Source: Eledone cirrhosa
Taxonomy: Eukaryota
DNA length: 64,000 bases
Reading direction: 5' to 3'
Assembly: GCA_964016885.1 (NCBI GenBank)
Contig: OZ024747.1
Location: 33,604,001-33,668,000, forward strand
This document shows positions 1-13,176 of the stretch, one piece after another; position 1 is the stretch's first letter; every line of letters begins with the position of its first letter. The position numbers and the translations under genes were made by a program. The notes below the pieces were generated by a model, which saw only the letters and a program-made list of their open reading frames with translations, was not told the origin of the DNA and ran no database searches.

Positions 1-464
1 GTTCTTCTCCAGTTAGGGAAGAATACATACTTTGTTTTGTTGTCTTTGCCCTTTATATATTTCTACTGGTTTTTTTAAACTTAGTCATTATTACATATCT
101 CACACTGCTACGTATTAACTACAATTCTTTGTTATTTTTGTATTATGGAATAGCAGTGTGTGATTCAAAAGAAACGTGGCTGTTATTTTCCCAAGCTTTT
201 TATCTTGGCTTGTAATTTAGTTATGATATCTACCAGCTTGAACAACCATGTAGATTTCTCATTGGCTTATAATTTGGCTGTTATTCCTAGCAGGTCCTAT
301 GACCATGACGAGAATCCTTGGCAGCTAATCTTTTTAGGTATACCTGTGATTCAAGGTGTGTCTCAGGTATTTTAAACCTTGCAGAGCCCATCGTTCTCCA
401 GATTGGAACACAGCCAAGTTCTTCCACAGAGAGAGGGAATTGACCCATCATGGTCTTTATCTAC

Positions 465-575
465 CATGAAAGGATGAAAGATAAATTTGACCTCAGAGGG
501 ATTTGAACTCAGAGCACAATGAGTTAGAAGAAATACCAAGGTATTTTCAATCTGATGTCTAAACAAATCTGCTAC
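465..575 (-). mobile_element. SINE-like repeat fragment (family also at 5597, 41410, 44282)
   Basis: Reverse complement reads gagttcaaatccctctgaggtcaaatttatctttcatcctttc, matching the B-box-like gttcaaatccc..gaggt..ctttcatcct motif of the other copies. Confidence 0.55.
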
Positions 576-1305
576 TTCGGTTTATTTATTACCCAATTTT
601 GCTTGTAAAATTAATGTGCAAGTGGCAGAGCATACCACAAACACTTGTACCTCAAGGAGATTCAATGTATCAAAGAATGTGTAACAAAGCTGACCTCTTG
701 AATTACAGGTACAACTCATCTTTGCCAGAAGACTGGAGTGGAGCAACATGAAATATAGTGTCTTACTCAAAGATTCAATGCAATACCTGGTCTGGGAACC
801 AAAGTTCTTTAATTTTGAAGTTCTTGAGTTTGTTGCAGCCAAGAAGTCAGTTGTATCATTGTTCTGGATCTTTAACCCTCTAATACACATTCTATTTGAA
901 TTTGAATTTGTATTATTGTTTTATGCTTGTTAAATTATGCCCAAAATACGGGGATCTTATTTAAACCTTAACCTTCTCCCTAACTACCCAATATCCCTCC
1001 CACCCGCCCCCACGCACCACCATTATTACGTGGGCCAATCATAAGTCAGCGGCCTATGCTATCGGTTACCTGGTTGCCTTTCAATATGATGGATGGACTA
1101 CAGAATTCTGGAGAGTTGAAAAGAAAAAATCTGGACGCTCAGTGACAATGCCAAAGATAAAGACAAATTCACCTCATGGACGAGAATGCAACGACTCCTC
1201 CTCTTTGTTTCGACCGCGGATGGCTAACATAACCCCATCCCCCCCCCCCCCGCGCCCCACCGCTCCCACCCTCCAAACGCAATCCAAAACTTCAGAGTTG
1301 GTACC

Positions 1306-4300
1306 ATGACTGTAGGCACCTTAAAGGGTCGCTCTAACGAGGTTGTAGAAATGCTTGAACGTAAGGAGGTCGATGTTTGTTGTATTCAAGAGACCAGGTG
1401 GAGGGGTGGGTCGGCTAGATTCATCGTAGGTAAAGAACGATGCTATAAGCTTTTCTGGGTGGGAAATGACAATGGGCTGGGTGGAGTAGGAATCATGGTA
1501 GCAGAAAAGTGGGCAGATAAGATAATAGACGTAAATAGAGTGAACGACAGAATAATTAAAATAAGACTTGTCCTCAATAGAACTACGGTGACAGTAATAT
1601 CTGCGTACGCACCCCAATCCGGACTGCACGGCACTATAAAAGACAGATTCTATGAGACACCGATGCTCACTACCTCCCAAATAACCGACTGTGACTATAT
1701 AATTATTGCTGGCGACCTAAATGGTCATGTTGGACAACATTGTGACGGCTATGACGGAATCCATGGAGGCTATGGGTTTGGTACTAGAAATGAGGAAGGC
1801 TCCAGAATCCTGGAATTCTGTGACGCAAATAACCTAACTATCTGTAACACTAACTTCAAAAAACGAGACAATCACTTGATCACCTATAGATCGGGGGAAC
1901 ACACAAGCCAGGTAGATTATATCCTTACCAGGAGACGTGACAGAGTGTCTGTTGTAAACACTAAATCCCTCCCCCATGAAGAATGCACGTCTCAACATAG
2001 ACTCATAATTAGCGATCTCATAGTCAGGACGAGACGTATTCGACAACAGAAGAGGACTATCCTCAGGAGAAAAATATGGAAATTAAAGGTCCCCACAGCC
2101 AGTCATAAATTGAAAAGCATATTACTTGATGCTTTTGATAGTAAGGAAGAGCCGTACAATATAGAGGAACAGTGGGAATTCCTGAAAGCTAACCTACTGA
2201 AGGCGACAGATGAAACCTGTGGCTGGAGCAGGCCTATAGGCAGGAGGAGAGTAACATGGTGGTGGAACAGTAAGGTTGAGAGGTCAATCAAGGCCAAAAA
2301 GCAGGCTTGGAAAGCATGGCGGGATGGGGGAAGTAGAGAAGACTATCAAGTGGCCAGGAAGGAAGCTAGGAGACAAGTGTACTTCGCAAGAAGGGAAGCA
2401 GAGGAAAGAAAGATCAAGCATGTTCTACAATGCGAGGACCATAAACGTGAGGTGTTGAGGATTGCTAGGCAATGTGTCAAGGAAAACAGTGATATTGTCG
2501 GGGAGAAGTGTGTCCTAAATGATGATGGTGTACTTGCCATCACTGACGCTGATAAGAAGGTAGCTTGGAAGTGTCACTACGAAAGGCTACTAAATGAGGA
2601 GAATAATTGGGAGAAAGACAGTCTCCCCCACATCGACCCAATAGTTGCCAAAATGCTGAAAGCATCTGGCACAGTGGGACACACTATGGTCACCCGGATA
2701 GTAAACCAAGTTATACAGAATGGGGTCGTTCCGAAGGACTGGCGCAGCAGCATCATCATTAACTGCTACAAGGGTAAAGGTGATGCCCTAGATAGGGGAA
2801 ACTATAGAGGCATTAAATTAATTGACCAGGCCATGAAGGTCACAGAAAAAGTAATAGCGCAACTAATCAGAGAGCGAATTGATCTAGACGAAATGCAGTT
2901 CGGGTTTGTGTCAGGTAAAAGTACAACAGATGCTCTTTTCATTGTACGACAACTACAGGAGAAGTACCTAGCTAAAAGTAAACCCCTATACTTAGCTTTT
3001 GTTGACTTGGAGAAAGCCTTTGACAGAGTACCTCGCTCGATTATCTGGTGGGCCCTTAGAAAACTAGGTGTTGATGAATGGCTTGTGAGAGCTATACAAG
3101 CCATGTATAAAGAAACAGTCAGCAAGGTTAGAATTAACACGAATATAGTGAAGAGTTTAGCGTAAAAGTTGGTGTTCATCAGGGCTCCGTTGTTAGCCCC
3201 CTACTATTTATTATTGCCCTTCAGGCTATAACAGAGGAGTTCAAGACCGGCTGCCCATGGGAACTCCTATATGCAGATGATCTAACGCTCATAGCTGAAT
3301 TAATGGCTGAACTAGAGAAGAAATTCCAAACGTGGAAGCATGGCCTAGAATCAAAAAGCCTTAAAGTTAACTTGTCTAAGACTAAAGTTCTAGTTTGTAG
3401 GAGGGAAAATAGGGCACCGGTCCCATCTGGGAAATGGCCATGCTCAGTGTGTAGGAAAGGAGTAGGTAGAAACTCCATTTTATGTCCCAAATGCAAAGTA
3501 TGGGTACATAAAAGATGTAGTGGGATCACAGGAAAGCTAACTAAGAATATAGATTTTATATGTGGCCGGTGCTCTGGTGCAATAAGAAGCAGCAAGTGCC
3601 CACAGAATACTAACTCATTCCATTGCACAGATGGTTCTATAGAAATAGTGGACAGCTTCCGTTACCTGGGTGACAAAATCAGCAGTGGGGGAGGGTGCTC
3701 TGAAAGTACAGTAGCTAGACTCAGAACAGGATGGAAAAAGTTCAGAGAGCTTATACCACTATTGGCCGCTAAAGGGTTCTCTCTAAAAATGAAAGGCAGG
3801 CTATATGATGCCTGCATATGAACAGCAATGTTACATGGCAGTGAGACATGGGCATTGTGTGCAGAGGATATACGCAGACTGGAGAGAAACGAAGCTTGCA
3901 TGCTCCGCTGGATGTGTAATAGTAATATACGTGAATGGCAAAGCATAAACAAACTAAGGGAGAAATTAGAAATAAGAGGGATCAGATGTTGTTTACTTGA
4001 GAGAAGGCTACGTTGGTATGGTCACGTGATGCGCATGAAAGATGACAGCTGTATAAAAAAGTGCAGGGCAATAAAAATAGACGGTAGCCATGGAGTAGGC
4101 AGACCCAGAAAAACCTGGGACGACTTGATAAATTCCGACCTCACACACTTACACCTCTCCAAGACAATGTCACTGGACCGAGATCTTTGGTGCTACACAG
4201 TAATAGAGAAGACCCGCCTTACCTAAGCGCAAAGTAAAACCTACTACAGTCAGTAGGCACCTCTAACAAAATACACCCCATCCCACTACCCCCACCCCAT

Positions 4301-4617
4301 CCACACCACTCCTTTCAATGTAAAGTTATGTTGGTACCACAACATCCAGCCTGAAACAAATGAGGTCGTGTAGGTGTCACGACAAAAAAACACACAGTCC
4401 ACGCTGTAATGTGGCCGTGTAGGTAAGACGGTAAAACCTCCCAGTTCCACACTGTAAATGCAGTTGGTGTTAGGAAGGGCATCCAGCTGTAGAAAACCTG
4501 CCAGACAGTCCTATGCGAGCAAGACAACCACTCTTGCCTCAAGTGGGAAAACTCCCGTCCAAACCCATGTGAGCGTGGAATATGGACGTTAAACGATGAT
4601 GATGATGATGATGATGA
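1306..4617 (+). mobile_element. RTE-clade LINE, near full length, disrupted (APE endonuclease + RT + PHD-type Zn finger)
   Basis: ORF 1306-3165 has APE motifs (IQETRW, AYAPQ, GDLNGH, QVDYIL) and RT motifs (NYRGIKL, FVDLEKAFD). After a frameshift near 3140 it continues with HQGS..SPLLF and YADD, then CSVC..CPKC..WVHKRC..CGRC. Stop at 3819-3821, in-frame deletion near 2640, (GAT)n tail at 4595-4617. The true 5' end probably lies upstream of 1306. Confidence 0.95.
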
Positions 4618-4814
4618 ATGAAGAATTTTGAGTGATTTACTAAAATTATTAATTATTTCATTACTAAGATAGTAACTTATGATATGGTTCTTATATAAAA
4701 TTATGTGTCAAACTCCTGACCTTACATTCTTGAGCTGAACATATTAAACACGAAGCCATGCAAATTTTAATTCTTTGTGAGAGTAATTACACTACTTCCA
4801 TTACAGACTTTTGA

Positions 4815-5070
4815 GGAGGCATGTGGCCTAGTTGTAAGGGTGTGGGACTTACAATCATAATTTCATGGGTTTGATTCCTTTACTGGGTTGTGTGTTGTAT
4901 TCTTGAGCAAAAAATTCACTTCGTGTTGCTCTACTGTACTCACCTGAAATTGAGAAGCAGCAATAGCTGGTGGGGTTAACCCTACAATGGACTGGTGTTC
5001 TGTCTAAGAGGTTGTTTTGTACTCACAGCCACTTCACGCCACAGAAACCGGGATAAGCACCAGCCTTCTG
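4815..5070 (+). mobile_element. tRNA-derived SINE
   Basis: A-box-like tggcctagttgtaagg and B-box-like gggtttgattcc, followed by tcttgagcaa..cacttcgtgttgctc. Homologous to the reverse copy at 10725-10981. Confidence 0.65.
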
Positions 5071-5596
5071 GCTTAGATAGACTTTAGATTATAGACTTTG
5101 GCATGAAGATCACAAGTTGTTGGTGGGCCCTAGATTCTATAGGATTGATCTCAGTAATGACATACCTCTGATCACTAATAGTTAAGAAATTACTCTAGTG
5201 TGTGAAATAAAGAAATATTTATCTTCTCTTTTCATGTCTCCATAAAACAAAACAACCCTGTCACCACCTCCACCAACATCCCCACCAACACCAACATCAT
5301 CATCACTAAAAACAGAAGAATACCAGGATACTCTTAACATATTTATTATTTGGCACACAGATGAAATATGAAGCCAATTAAATATTGAACGACTGTATTT
5401 CCTGCTAGACTATCCCCAATCAATGATATTGTTAAACATAAAACTGAAGAAAAAGAGAAATATTATGGTAATGTTTTTACTTAACAGAATTGCTGATGCA
5501 AAACATACCACTGACTTAGTTATCATCATCATCCTCATAATCATTTTAATGTTTTGTTTGTTTCTCCCCTCACATTATCTTAAGTTTGATAAGTCA

Positions 5597-5730
5597 GTGA
5601 ATTGGCTTAGTTGTTAGAACATAGGTCAAAATGCCTTGTGGTATTTGTTCTGGTGCTCTGCATTCAAACTCAAATCCCACCAAAGTCAAATCTATCTTTT
5701 AATATTTTGGGGTTGATAAAATAAAATATA
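5597..5730 (+). mobile_element. SINE-like repeat, degenerate
   Basis: tggcttagttgttag ... tcaaatcccaccaaagtcaa ... ggggttgataaaataaa, similar to 41410-41520. Confidence 0.5.
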
Positions 5731-5849
5731 GGCCTAGGGCAGTAGATTGATGGAAGTTTTAGAAGGAGATTGGGTGAGATTCTTTGTGGTATTTGTTCTG
5801 AGTTCAATCCTGCTCTTTTTATGACATGCATATACTTAAGCTTCTACTA

Positions 5850-6405
5850 TCTTGGAGACCTAATTAGTAGAGGAAGTGCGTGCTCTGAAAGCATAATAGT
5901 TTAAATAAAGATAGAATGGAAGAAGTTTAGAGAGTTACGCCTGCTGTTTACAACAAAATGTTTCTCCCTATGTAAAAAAAGATGACTGCGTGATGCATGT
6001 GTGTGAATTGTGATGTTACATGGTAGTGAAACATGGGCAATGACTGCAGAGGACATGCATAGACTGGATAGAAATGAAGCAAATATATTTTATTAGATGT
6101 TCAATGTAAAAGTGAGAGTGAGGCAAATTTTGGATGAACTGAGGGAGAAACTGGGTTTAAGAGGAATCAGCAGTGGTGTGCAAGAGAAAAGACTGCCCTG
6201 GTAAAGACATGTGATGTGCATGGATGATGATCGCAGGTTGAAGATGTGCCAGGAAGTCCCAGTGAAAGAAGCCACATTAGAGATAGACCAAGGAAGACCT
6301 GGGTGGAAGGGGTGAGAGCTGACCTCAAACCACTGGGAATCAGAGGAGAGACGCTGTGCTAAGAACCTTCCATCTAACCCATGCAGGCATGGAAAAACGG
6401 ACGTA
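5850..6405 (+). mobile_element. Degraded RTE 3' fragment
   Basis: Recognisable homology to 3660-4600 (catggtagtgaaacatggg = HGSETW; aacccatgcaggcatggaaaaacggacgt 3' end). Confidence 0.8.
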
Positions 6406-7171
6406 GATCATCACATAGATACATACATATATAAACACACACACACATATATATATACATATATATTTTACTGGTGTACATCAGTGAAAGATATACATAT
6501 TGAAAAGAATACCAATAAATAAGAGCTTTTTAAAAAAAAATACTTTGCCATATTGATTCCATCCGAGGTGTACAAATATTCTGTTAAAATTTACCTCATT
6601 GGAAATGATGCAGTCGTTAATGAAAATCATGTTAGAAAACAAACATGTAGATATGTGTATAGCGATATCTGTAAATGTATATATATTTATGCATGTATTA
6701 TGTGTGACATTGATATAATGAATGCTACAAGAATTTTCCAAGGAAAGCAACAAAAATATATACAATATTTTCCCACAAGGTTTATTCAAACACCTTAATA
6801 TATAATTAAAGAATTTCAGTTGAAATATTTGTTTTACTTTATATTTTATCTCAGTATTTCATAATTAAGGCTGATCTGCACCAAATCAGAATAACACAGA
6901 ATTTAAAGGTACAAGTGAATGCAATAATATTTACAATCGCTCTCACAACATATTAACAAAGTAAAGTGAAAATTATCTGTTAATATGAGAACTGAAATTG
7001 TTTTTGTACTTCTCCTCCATCCTACCTCCCTGCCATAGAGTAGAAAGAAACCTGCAGTCAAACCTTCTGCCGAAATGCTTGCTAGTGATGGTGCCATGAT
7101 AAAATATACCAAATACATAATTTAATGTAGTTGTTCAACTACATTAAATTATGGAAGTGTTTCCAGCCATA

Positions 7172-7371
7172 TATGAGGATCAGTTGAAAATTCATAGGCT
7201 GACTATGAAGGAGTGATGCTAGACTGTGAAATCTTGCAATCATTAATTTGAACTCTTCTCATTAATAACTGCATTGTTTTATTCCAGTGAATATGTTGAA
7301 AAATAAACCTCATTTGGTCATTCCATGAGAGTATCTTGGTCAGCCTATGATCTTTTCAGCTATTCTTCATA
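7172..7371. mobile_element. Mariner/Tc1-type MITE (~200 bp)
   Basis: Imperfect ~32-bp terminal inverted repeats tatgaggatcagttgaaaattcataggctgac / gtcagcctatgatcttttcagctattcttcata, bounded by TA. Confidence 0.7.
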
Positions 7372-8084
7372 TACCAAATCCCAAAATTTGTTTGACCCTT
7401 CCTCACCCTAAATTTTTATGCAACCAGCTCACACCAACTATATTATATAATCACTGTTTAATTAAAACAACACACCTAATACATCAGGATTGAACTTGTA
7501 ATCCCCCCATCTCATTCAATAGTCATATTTATCACATACCCACATGAGTGCCCCCCTCATCCATTCTCACTATATAATGGAACATCTCAGACACATTTAA
7601 AACACATACATATCTGAAAAAACACAGTCACATAACTGTGACTGCAGCCTCCCTCCACAAACATATTTATGGTTATGTTATTTAATACAACTTTTGTCTA
7701 CAGTAAACAACTAACTCAGTCTTATTGGTGGTCACTCCTCTCAGGGTGGGCTTAACTTCACAGTTTTACTCATTTCAGATACTCAGTCTAAAAATGGTAG
7801 AGTTCCACAAGTTAATTGATATGAAGTACCAAAATGTTGTTGGACATGTATATCCTCCTCAGATTTTGTTTTATTTTCATTATCCAATGCACAAACACAC
7901 AAACACACACATATATATATGTATTTGACTCTGTAGTTTGAGTGGAATCTTCAAGGGAACCTCATGTGAGGAGCACCTACTACAAAAACTCTAGCACTCA
8001 CTGCCTAATCTTGCTGAAACCATAATGTTATTAACCCCATCATAAACAGATGGAAACCAATATATATATATATACCCCTTCAAG

Positions 8085-8660
8085 TCACAGGTAGGATCCA
8101 TAGAATTAGTTGATAGCTTTTGCTATCTAACAGACTTTAATTAGCAGTGGAGAAGGGTGCTCTGAGAGCATAATAGCTAGTATAAGGATAGGATGAAAGA
8201 AGTCTAGAGAGCTAAATGGATAACTGTATGATGCCAGTGTGCAAAGAGTGATGCTGAATGGTAGTGAAACCTGAACTTCAGAAGACATGCTACATTGGAT
8301 GTGTAATGTAAGTGTGTGAGAAATGCAGAACTTGGATGACCTGAAAGAGAAACTGAGTTTAAGAGGAATCCAAGGTAATGTGCAGGAGAGTAGACTGCAT
8401 TGGTACGGACATGCGATGAGTATGGATGATTTATGAGTGAAGAAGTGCCAGACAATTTAGTGGAAGGAAGCCACAGTAGAGGTAAACCAGGAAAGACCTT
8501 GGCTGAGGTGGTGAGAGCTGACCTCAAATCATAAGCTCACAGAGGAGATGATGAAGTAATGCAGTAATTGGGGAGATGCTGTGCTGAGAAGAACTATTCC
8601 AACCCATGCAACCACAGAAGAATGGATGTGAAAACAATGATGATGATGATTATGATGATA
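8085..8660 (+). mobile_element. Degraded RTE 3' fragment
   Basis: Homologous to the RTE C-terminus (gttgatagcttttgctatcta = VDSFCYL; ggtagtgaaacctg) and ends in a (GAT)n tail. Confidence 0.8.
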
Positions 8661-10724
8661 TATATATATATATATATAACATTCTTTATCAAAAGCTGAA
8701 GCTTAATGAAGCTTTGCCTAGACTGGTGAATTTTTTTTTTTTTTAAATAAGGAAGTGGCTTATTTAGGTTGGTAATCTTGGCTTGAATCTTCTTTGACCG
8801 TTTTACAAAGAAAATGTCATACATAATTCATATCATATTTTATTATTGTCTTCACTAGACTATAATAGTTATATTTTAGTCAATATTTTTGAAAAAATGT
8901 TATCTCCTTTTCGATTTAAAAAAAAAAAATTTCCATAGCAAGACATTCTCTATAAGTTGATACCGAAATGTCCTTCTTATCTAACCCCCACCTTCTCAGC
9001 AAATAAGGAGAAATAAAAAGAAACAAAAATAAATTAAACCCTCAATGAAGCACTGAAAATAACAGACATAAAAACATAACTTTGGTCCATTTCAGTTCAT
9101 CTTATCTTTTGAATGCTGCCTTAAAAATCCATATTCTTAGTGGCAGCATTATTCTCATTAATTGGACTAAAGCTGCCTGTCTCTGTCTGTCTTTGTCTTT
9201 CACCCTCTTCCCTCCTACTAAACTTTCTTCTTCTCCTCTGAAATTGATTTTTCTAACACATCCTGCTATTTTCGGTCATATTAATGGCACACTTGTTAAG
9301 CATTGTATTCTTTGTGTTTAGCCAGACAATACTATCTAAACATGTTGTCTAATGAAAACAAATAAAGCATTTTCTGGCCTTATTCTGATAAAGATTTTTT
9401 TTCTATCTGTCATTCTTACTTTTATTTTTAGTCTTCTTCTTCTTTCTTTTTTATAAATTTTAGTTAAAGAAAGAAACAGTTACTATTCGATAGTTTTGTG
9501 TATAGAAGCAAAATTTCTATGAAAATCTAATATTGATTATCAGTAGTAAAATAATAAAAATAAAAGATACAATAGAAATAAACCTAAAGAGAGTTGAATG
9601 AGAACTATATTAAAAAAAGAATGGTAAAGGCAAACTGAAACAACAGTTTTCATTCTAGGAATCAAGCCATGGTCTTAAGAGAAAAGGAAATTTAACAAAC
9701 ACAAACTCTCACAGACAGTGTTGAACAACAGATCTGCTATTAGTAAAACAAAATTTCATAGTATTTTGATATTTAAAAGCTGGTTTACTAAGGTGACATC
9801 GAGTGATTCAAAAGAACAAGTGGCGAGTGGAGAGAAATAACAGGTCAGCCTATCAACTAGAAAACATACAAAACACTGAGCTAGTTACTCACGAATGCAA
9901 TCTACATGAAACTAAAGAGTTAAGTAACAATGAACATATTTAGAAAATAGCAAGTAGGATGAAGTCTCTGCTTTGCTGATGAGCTCCAATAAGACCAAAA
10001 CATATCTGGCATAGTCTTGGGTCCCCAGCCTGCCTGCCTGAGCACCTTAGTAGAATGCTGGAACATAAGTAAGAGGTCAGTAGCGCCCCTTGTGTACCAG
10101 CAAAAAATGGATGTTAAATGATGACAATGATGATGAAAATATCTTCTCTCCTCATCACATAAGTATCTCTTTCTAGGTATTTAATGCTATATATTGAATA
10201 TATATTCCTAATTAACTGTTAAGTGAAAAATAAACTGGTGGGAGTGTTGCTGTTGGTATACAAATGCTGAGACATCATAGAAGACCACAAACAATCATAA
10301 GGTGAAAGGTACTTGAAGAAATGAAATGACAGACATCAGGTTTAATTGAAACCTTGATATTTTACCAAGATATCTGCATGTCTTACAAAACACACAGTCA
10401 CATCACTGCGACCACATACCCCCCCCCCCCACTTATGGTTATTCTATTTAATTGACAGGTAATTTTACTCATTTCAATCTACTCTCTTATTTCACTTCAA
10501 CTGTTATTGCTGTTTAGTCCTAATGAGAGCTCTGATTAAGCAGAAAACGTTCCAGTCATGACTCCATTATCTTGTTATATATCTGAAGCCGTCTTGTCCA
10601 GCATGTCCTTCATTTATAAGGTGACAGAATCTGAGTTGAGTAAAATGTGGATGCTATTTTTACCAGGTGAATTGATGTGCCTTTGTTAGCTCATTCTACT
10701 GTCACTAGTATAAAGACATTTTAA

Positions 10725-10981
10725 AGTCTTTCTCAAAACCGGAGGCTCATCAGGCTGGTGCTTACCCCAATTTCCATGGTGTGAAGCGACAGAGTACAGA
10801 ACTTCCCCCTGGCCAGGATGCCAGTCCTTTGCAGCTATTGCTGGCACTCATTTTCAGCTGTGTATATTGGAGCAGTGTGAAATGAAGCTCAAGAATACAA
10901 CATACAACCCAGTCTAGGTATCAAACCCACAACATTATGATTGTAAGTTCAACACCCTTACCACTAGGCCATGCACCTCCA
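10725..10981 (-). mobile_element. tRNA-derived SINE
   Basis: Reverse complement starts ggaggtgcatggcctagtggtaagggtgttg..gggtttgatacc; same family as 4815-5070. Confidence 0.65.
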
Positions 10982-12721
10982 CTCACTTATGTGAGAAGCA
11001 ATAAATTCATGTTTTAGAAACAGTGTCCTAAAAATGCCCTACTGGCATATTTTGGAAGTGCAGCAAATTGTTAATCTTCTGAATCCCTCATCATCTCAGC
11101 TCTGGTCAGCATGCCAAACTGACCTCACATTTCATTTCATAACTTCTTCCACAAACACCTTCTATTCTTAGCACATGACATATTTTCATTTTGCATTTAT
11201 TGTCTATTCACATCACATACGCATGTGAGTACAATCTTCTCTTCTGTACATATGAACTGATGCCTTCTACGTGCAGCTATTTTCTCAGCTCACTTATACT
11301 AAACTTTCCATGAAAGTTAACTTTATACAGCCAATAGACATACTTTGTTCACTTCTCCCCAGCCTCTACAAATCATTCAATGCTTATTATATCACTACCA
11401 TGCAACACCACGTTTCGTATATTCTTCATATAGTATGTCCTTTGAATAGAGCAAGAAAACCTCATTTTCTACCAGCAACTATATTTTTACCATAACCTCC
11501 CTTGAGAACTAATTTGGTCACCAAGGTAACAGGAACAATCTACTTCATATATCAGGCTTACCTGGGCATTTATGGACTTGGTTTTATAGTTGCCAACTAT
11601 TAACTACTTCTGTACATGTAGTACTTTTGAAGTTGTGGTTCTTTGCCAATTTGTCACTGTTCCTAATGCATCTTTTATATTGGGGTTGAGCAGCTAAGTA
11701 ACAACTGGCAACATTTCAGCTTAGAATATTGAGATAAAAAAACTAAATAAGGATTCTCATACTGGCCTAAAGCCACACATTTTCAGGACAGATGTAGAAG
11801 TATAGTTTATTGAAGAGATGCCATTATAAAGCTTTCACATATATTATCAATTCTATGTGTGTTAAGAATGGAGCTTCAAAATAACAGATAGAGATGGTCA
11901 TTCCTCATGGTGTAGTTACTTTATAGAAAGAAATGATCTAGTATAGAAACAGAAAACTAAAATACCATAGAAATTAAAAGTAGATCCTTGTTAAAATTAT
12001 TATTCTTTAATACAACAGTGTAAGAAAAGAGTTTATGAAATGTGTAAAAAGTAGCTGTTCTGAGAGGAGCGACACCAATAAGACTGAATCAGAAGTAATT
12101 ATTGGATGAAACATATATGAATAGTGGTTTTGAGCAAAAAAAAAGTGTCACTAAAAACACATGAAAAGACAAGATTTATAGTGACACTTCCAGACACAAC
12201 TGTTAAAACGGAACTCAATTCTGTTTCAAGAAGAAAACAATGTCTAAAACCAAATTCTCTGATGAATATTTTGTTTGTGTTGAAATATATAGTCACACAC
12301 ATACACATATATACATGGGTGATCTGTTACTAAGGTTGCAATGATCAATAGACCACCTCCATGTCAATTGTTTGTTTATGTGTTGCTGTAACTCAGTAAC
12401 TGATTACTTAATCTTTTATGGGAATAACATCTGAAGATGTTACCATATGTCTTGTGTCATGAGATGATGATGTAAGCTTCTCGCCCATAGAAATATCTAT
12501 CTTGATTTTGCAATATTGCATTTTATATTCAGGAAATAACTAAATATATATATATAAGCAAAGGGATATTTAATTTGTTGGTAATTCAACAAATATATAT
12601 ATATTTATAACTGATTCAAAGCACTCGACAGGTTTTCTGGAGTATAATATACTATCCAGGTAAAACTTGAACTGTTAATGTCTCATTCCTGGATGTGTCA
12701 ATATTTATAAAACAAACTTTG

Positions 12722-12782
12722 TATTTTATCTGATGAGATCGTACCAAAGTTTTGGTAGCCTTGAAATATATATAATAGAATA
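12722..12782 (+). ncRNA. Minimal type-I hammerhead ribozyme motif (isolated, probably old)
   Basis: tattttat CTGATGA [..taccaaa/tttggta..] GAAA tatata TA atagaata. Stem I pairs with one G-U; stem III is palindromic. Confidence 0.5.
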
Positions 12783-12823
12783 AATATGGTTTTATAAATA
12801 TAGTTTCTATTTATTTATATCAT

Positions 12824-12851
<28 letters not shown>

Positions 12852-12856
<5 letters not shown>

Positions 12857-12894
12857 AACGAGTAGGACCCCGACGGGGTCCTACTCGTTCCTAT
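12852..12894. repeat. Perfect 21-bp inverted repeat (1-nt spacer) next to (TA)n
   Basis: ataggaacgagtaggaccccg a cggggtcctactcgttcctat. Confidence 0.9.
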
Positions 12895-12971
12895 TACCCA
12901 CTCTACTACCCTAAGTATTGAGTACTTTGGTGCGTTATGGTCCACCTGGTTCCTTACCACATTTTCTTCGT

Positions 12972-13002
<31 letters not shown>

Positions 13003-13176
13003 CATTGATATATATATATATATATATACATGTTTGTGTGCAAAAGTTTCACCATACACATATCTATTTATCTATCCATCCATCCATTACATATATTCTT
13101 TCCAGTTGTACAATTTTACATATATATTCACACATAAATGTACACACAGGCTCACATTCACACACACACACATATA

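Noticed and set aside
1020-1215. HDV-like ribozyme at the RTE 5' end (ggctaa, tcctcc motifs)
   Set aside because: P1/P2/P3 pairings could not be assembled.
6480-7120. Possible small host exons on - strand (ag..gt bounded stretches)
   Set aside because: No recognisable protein similarity; splice-like signals alone are not sufficient without transcript data.
9970-12300. CTGATGA motifs near 9976, 10747 (-) and 12259
   Set aside because: No convincing stem I/II pairing or intact GAAA..UH arrangement.
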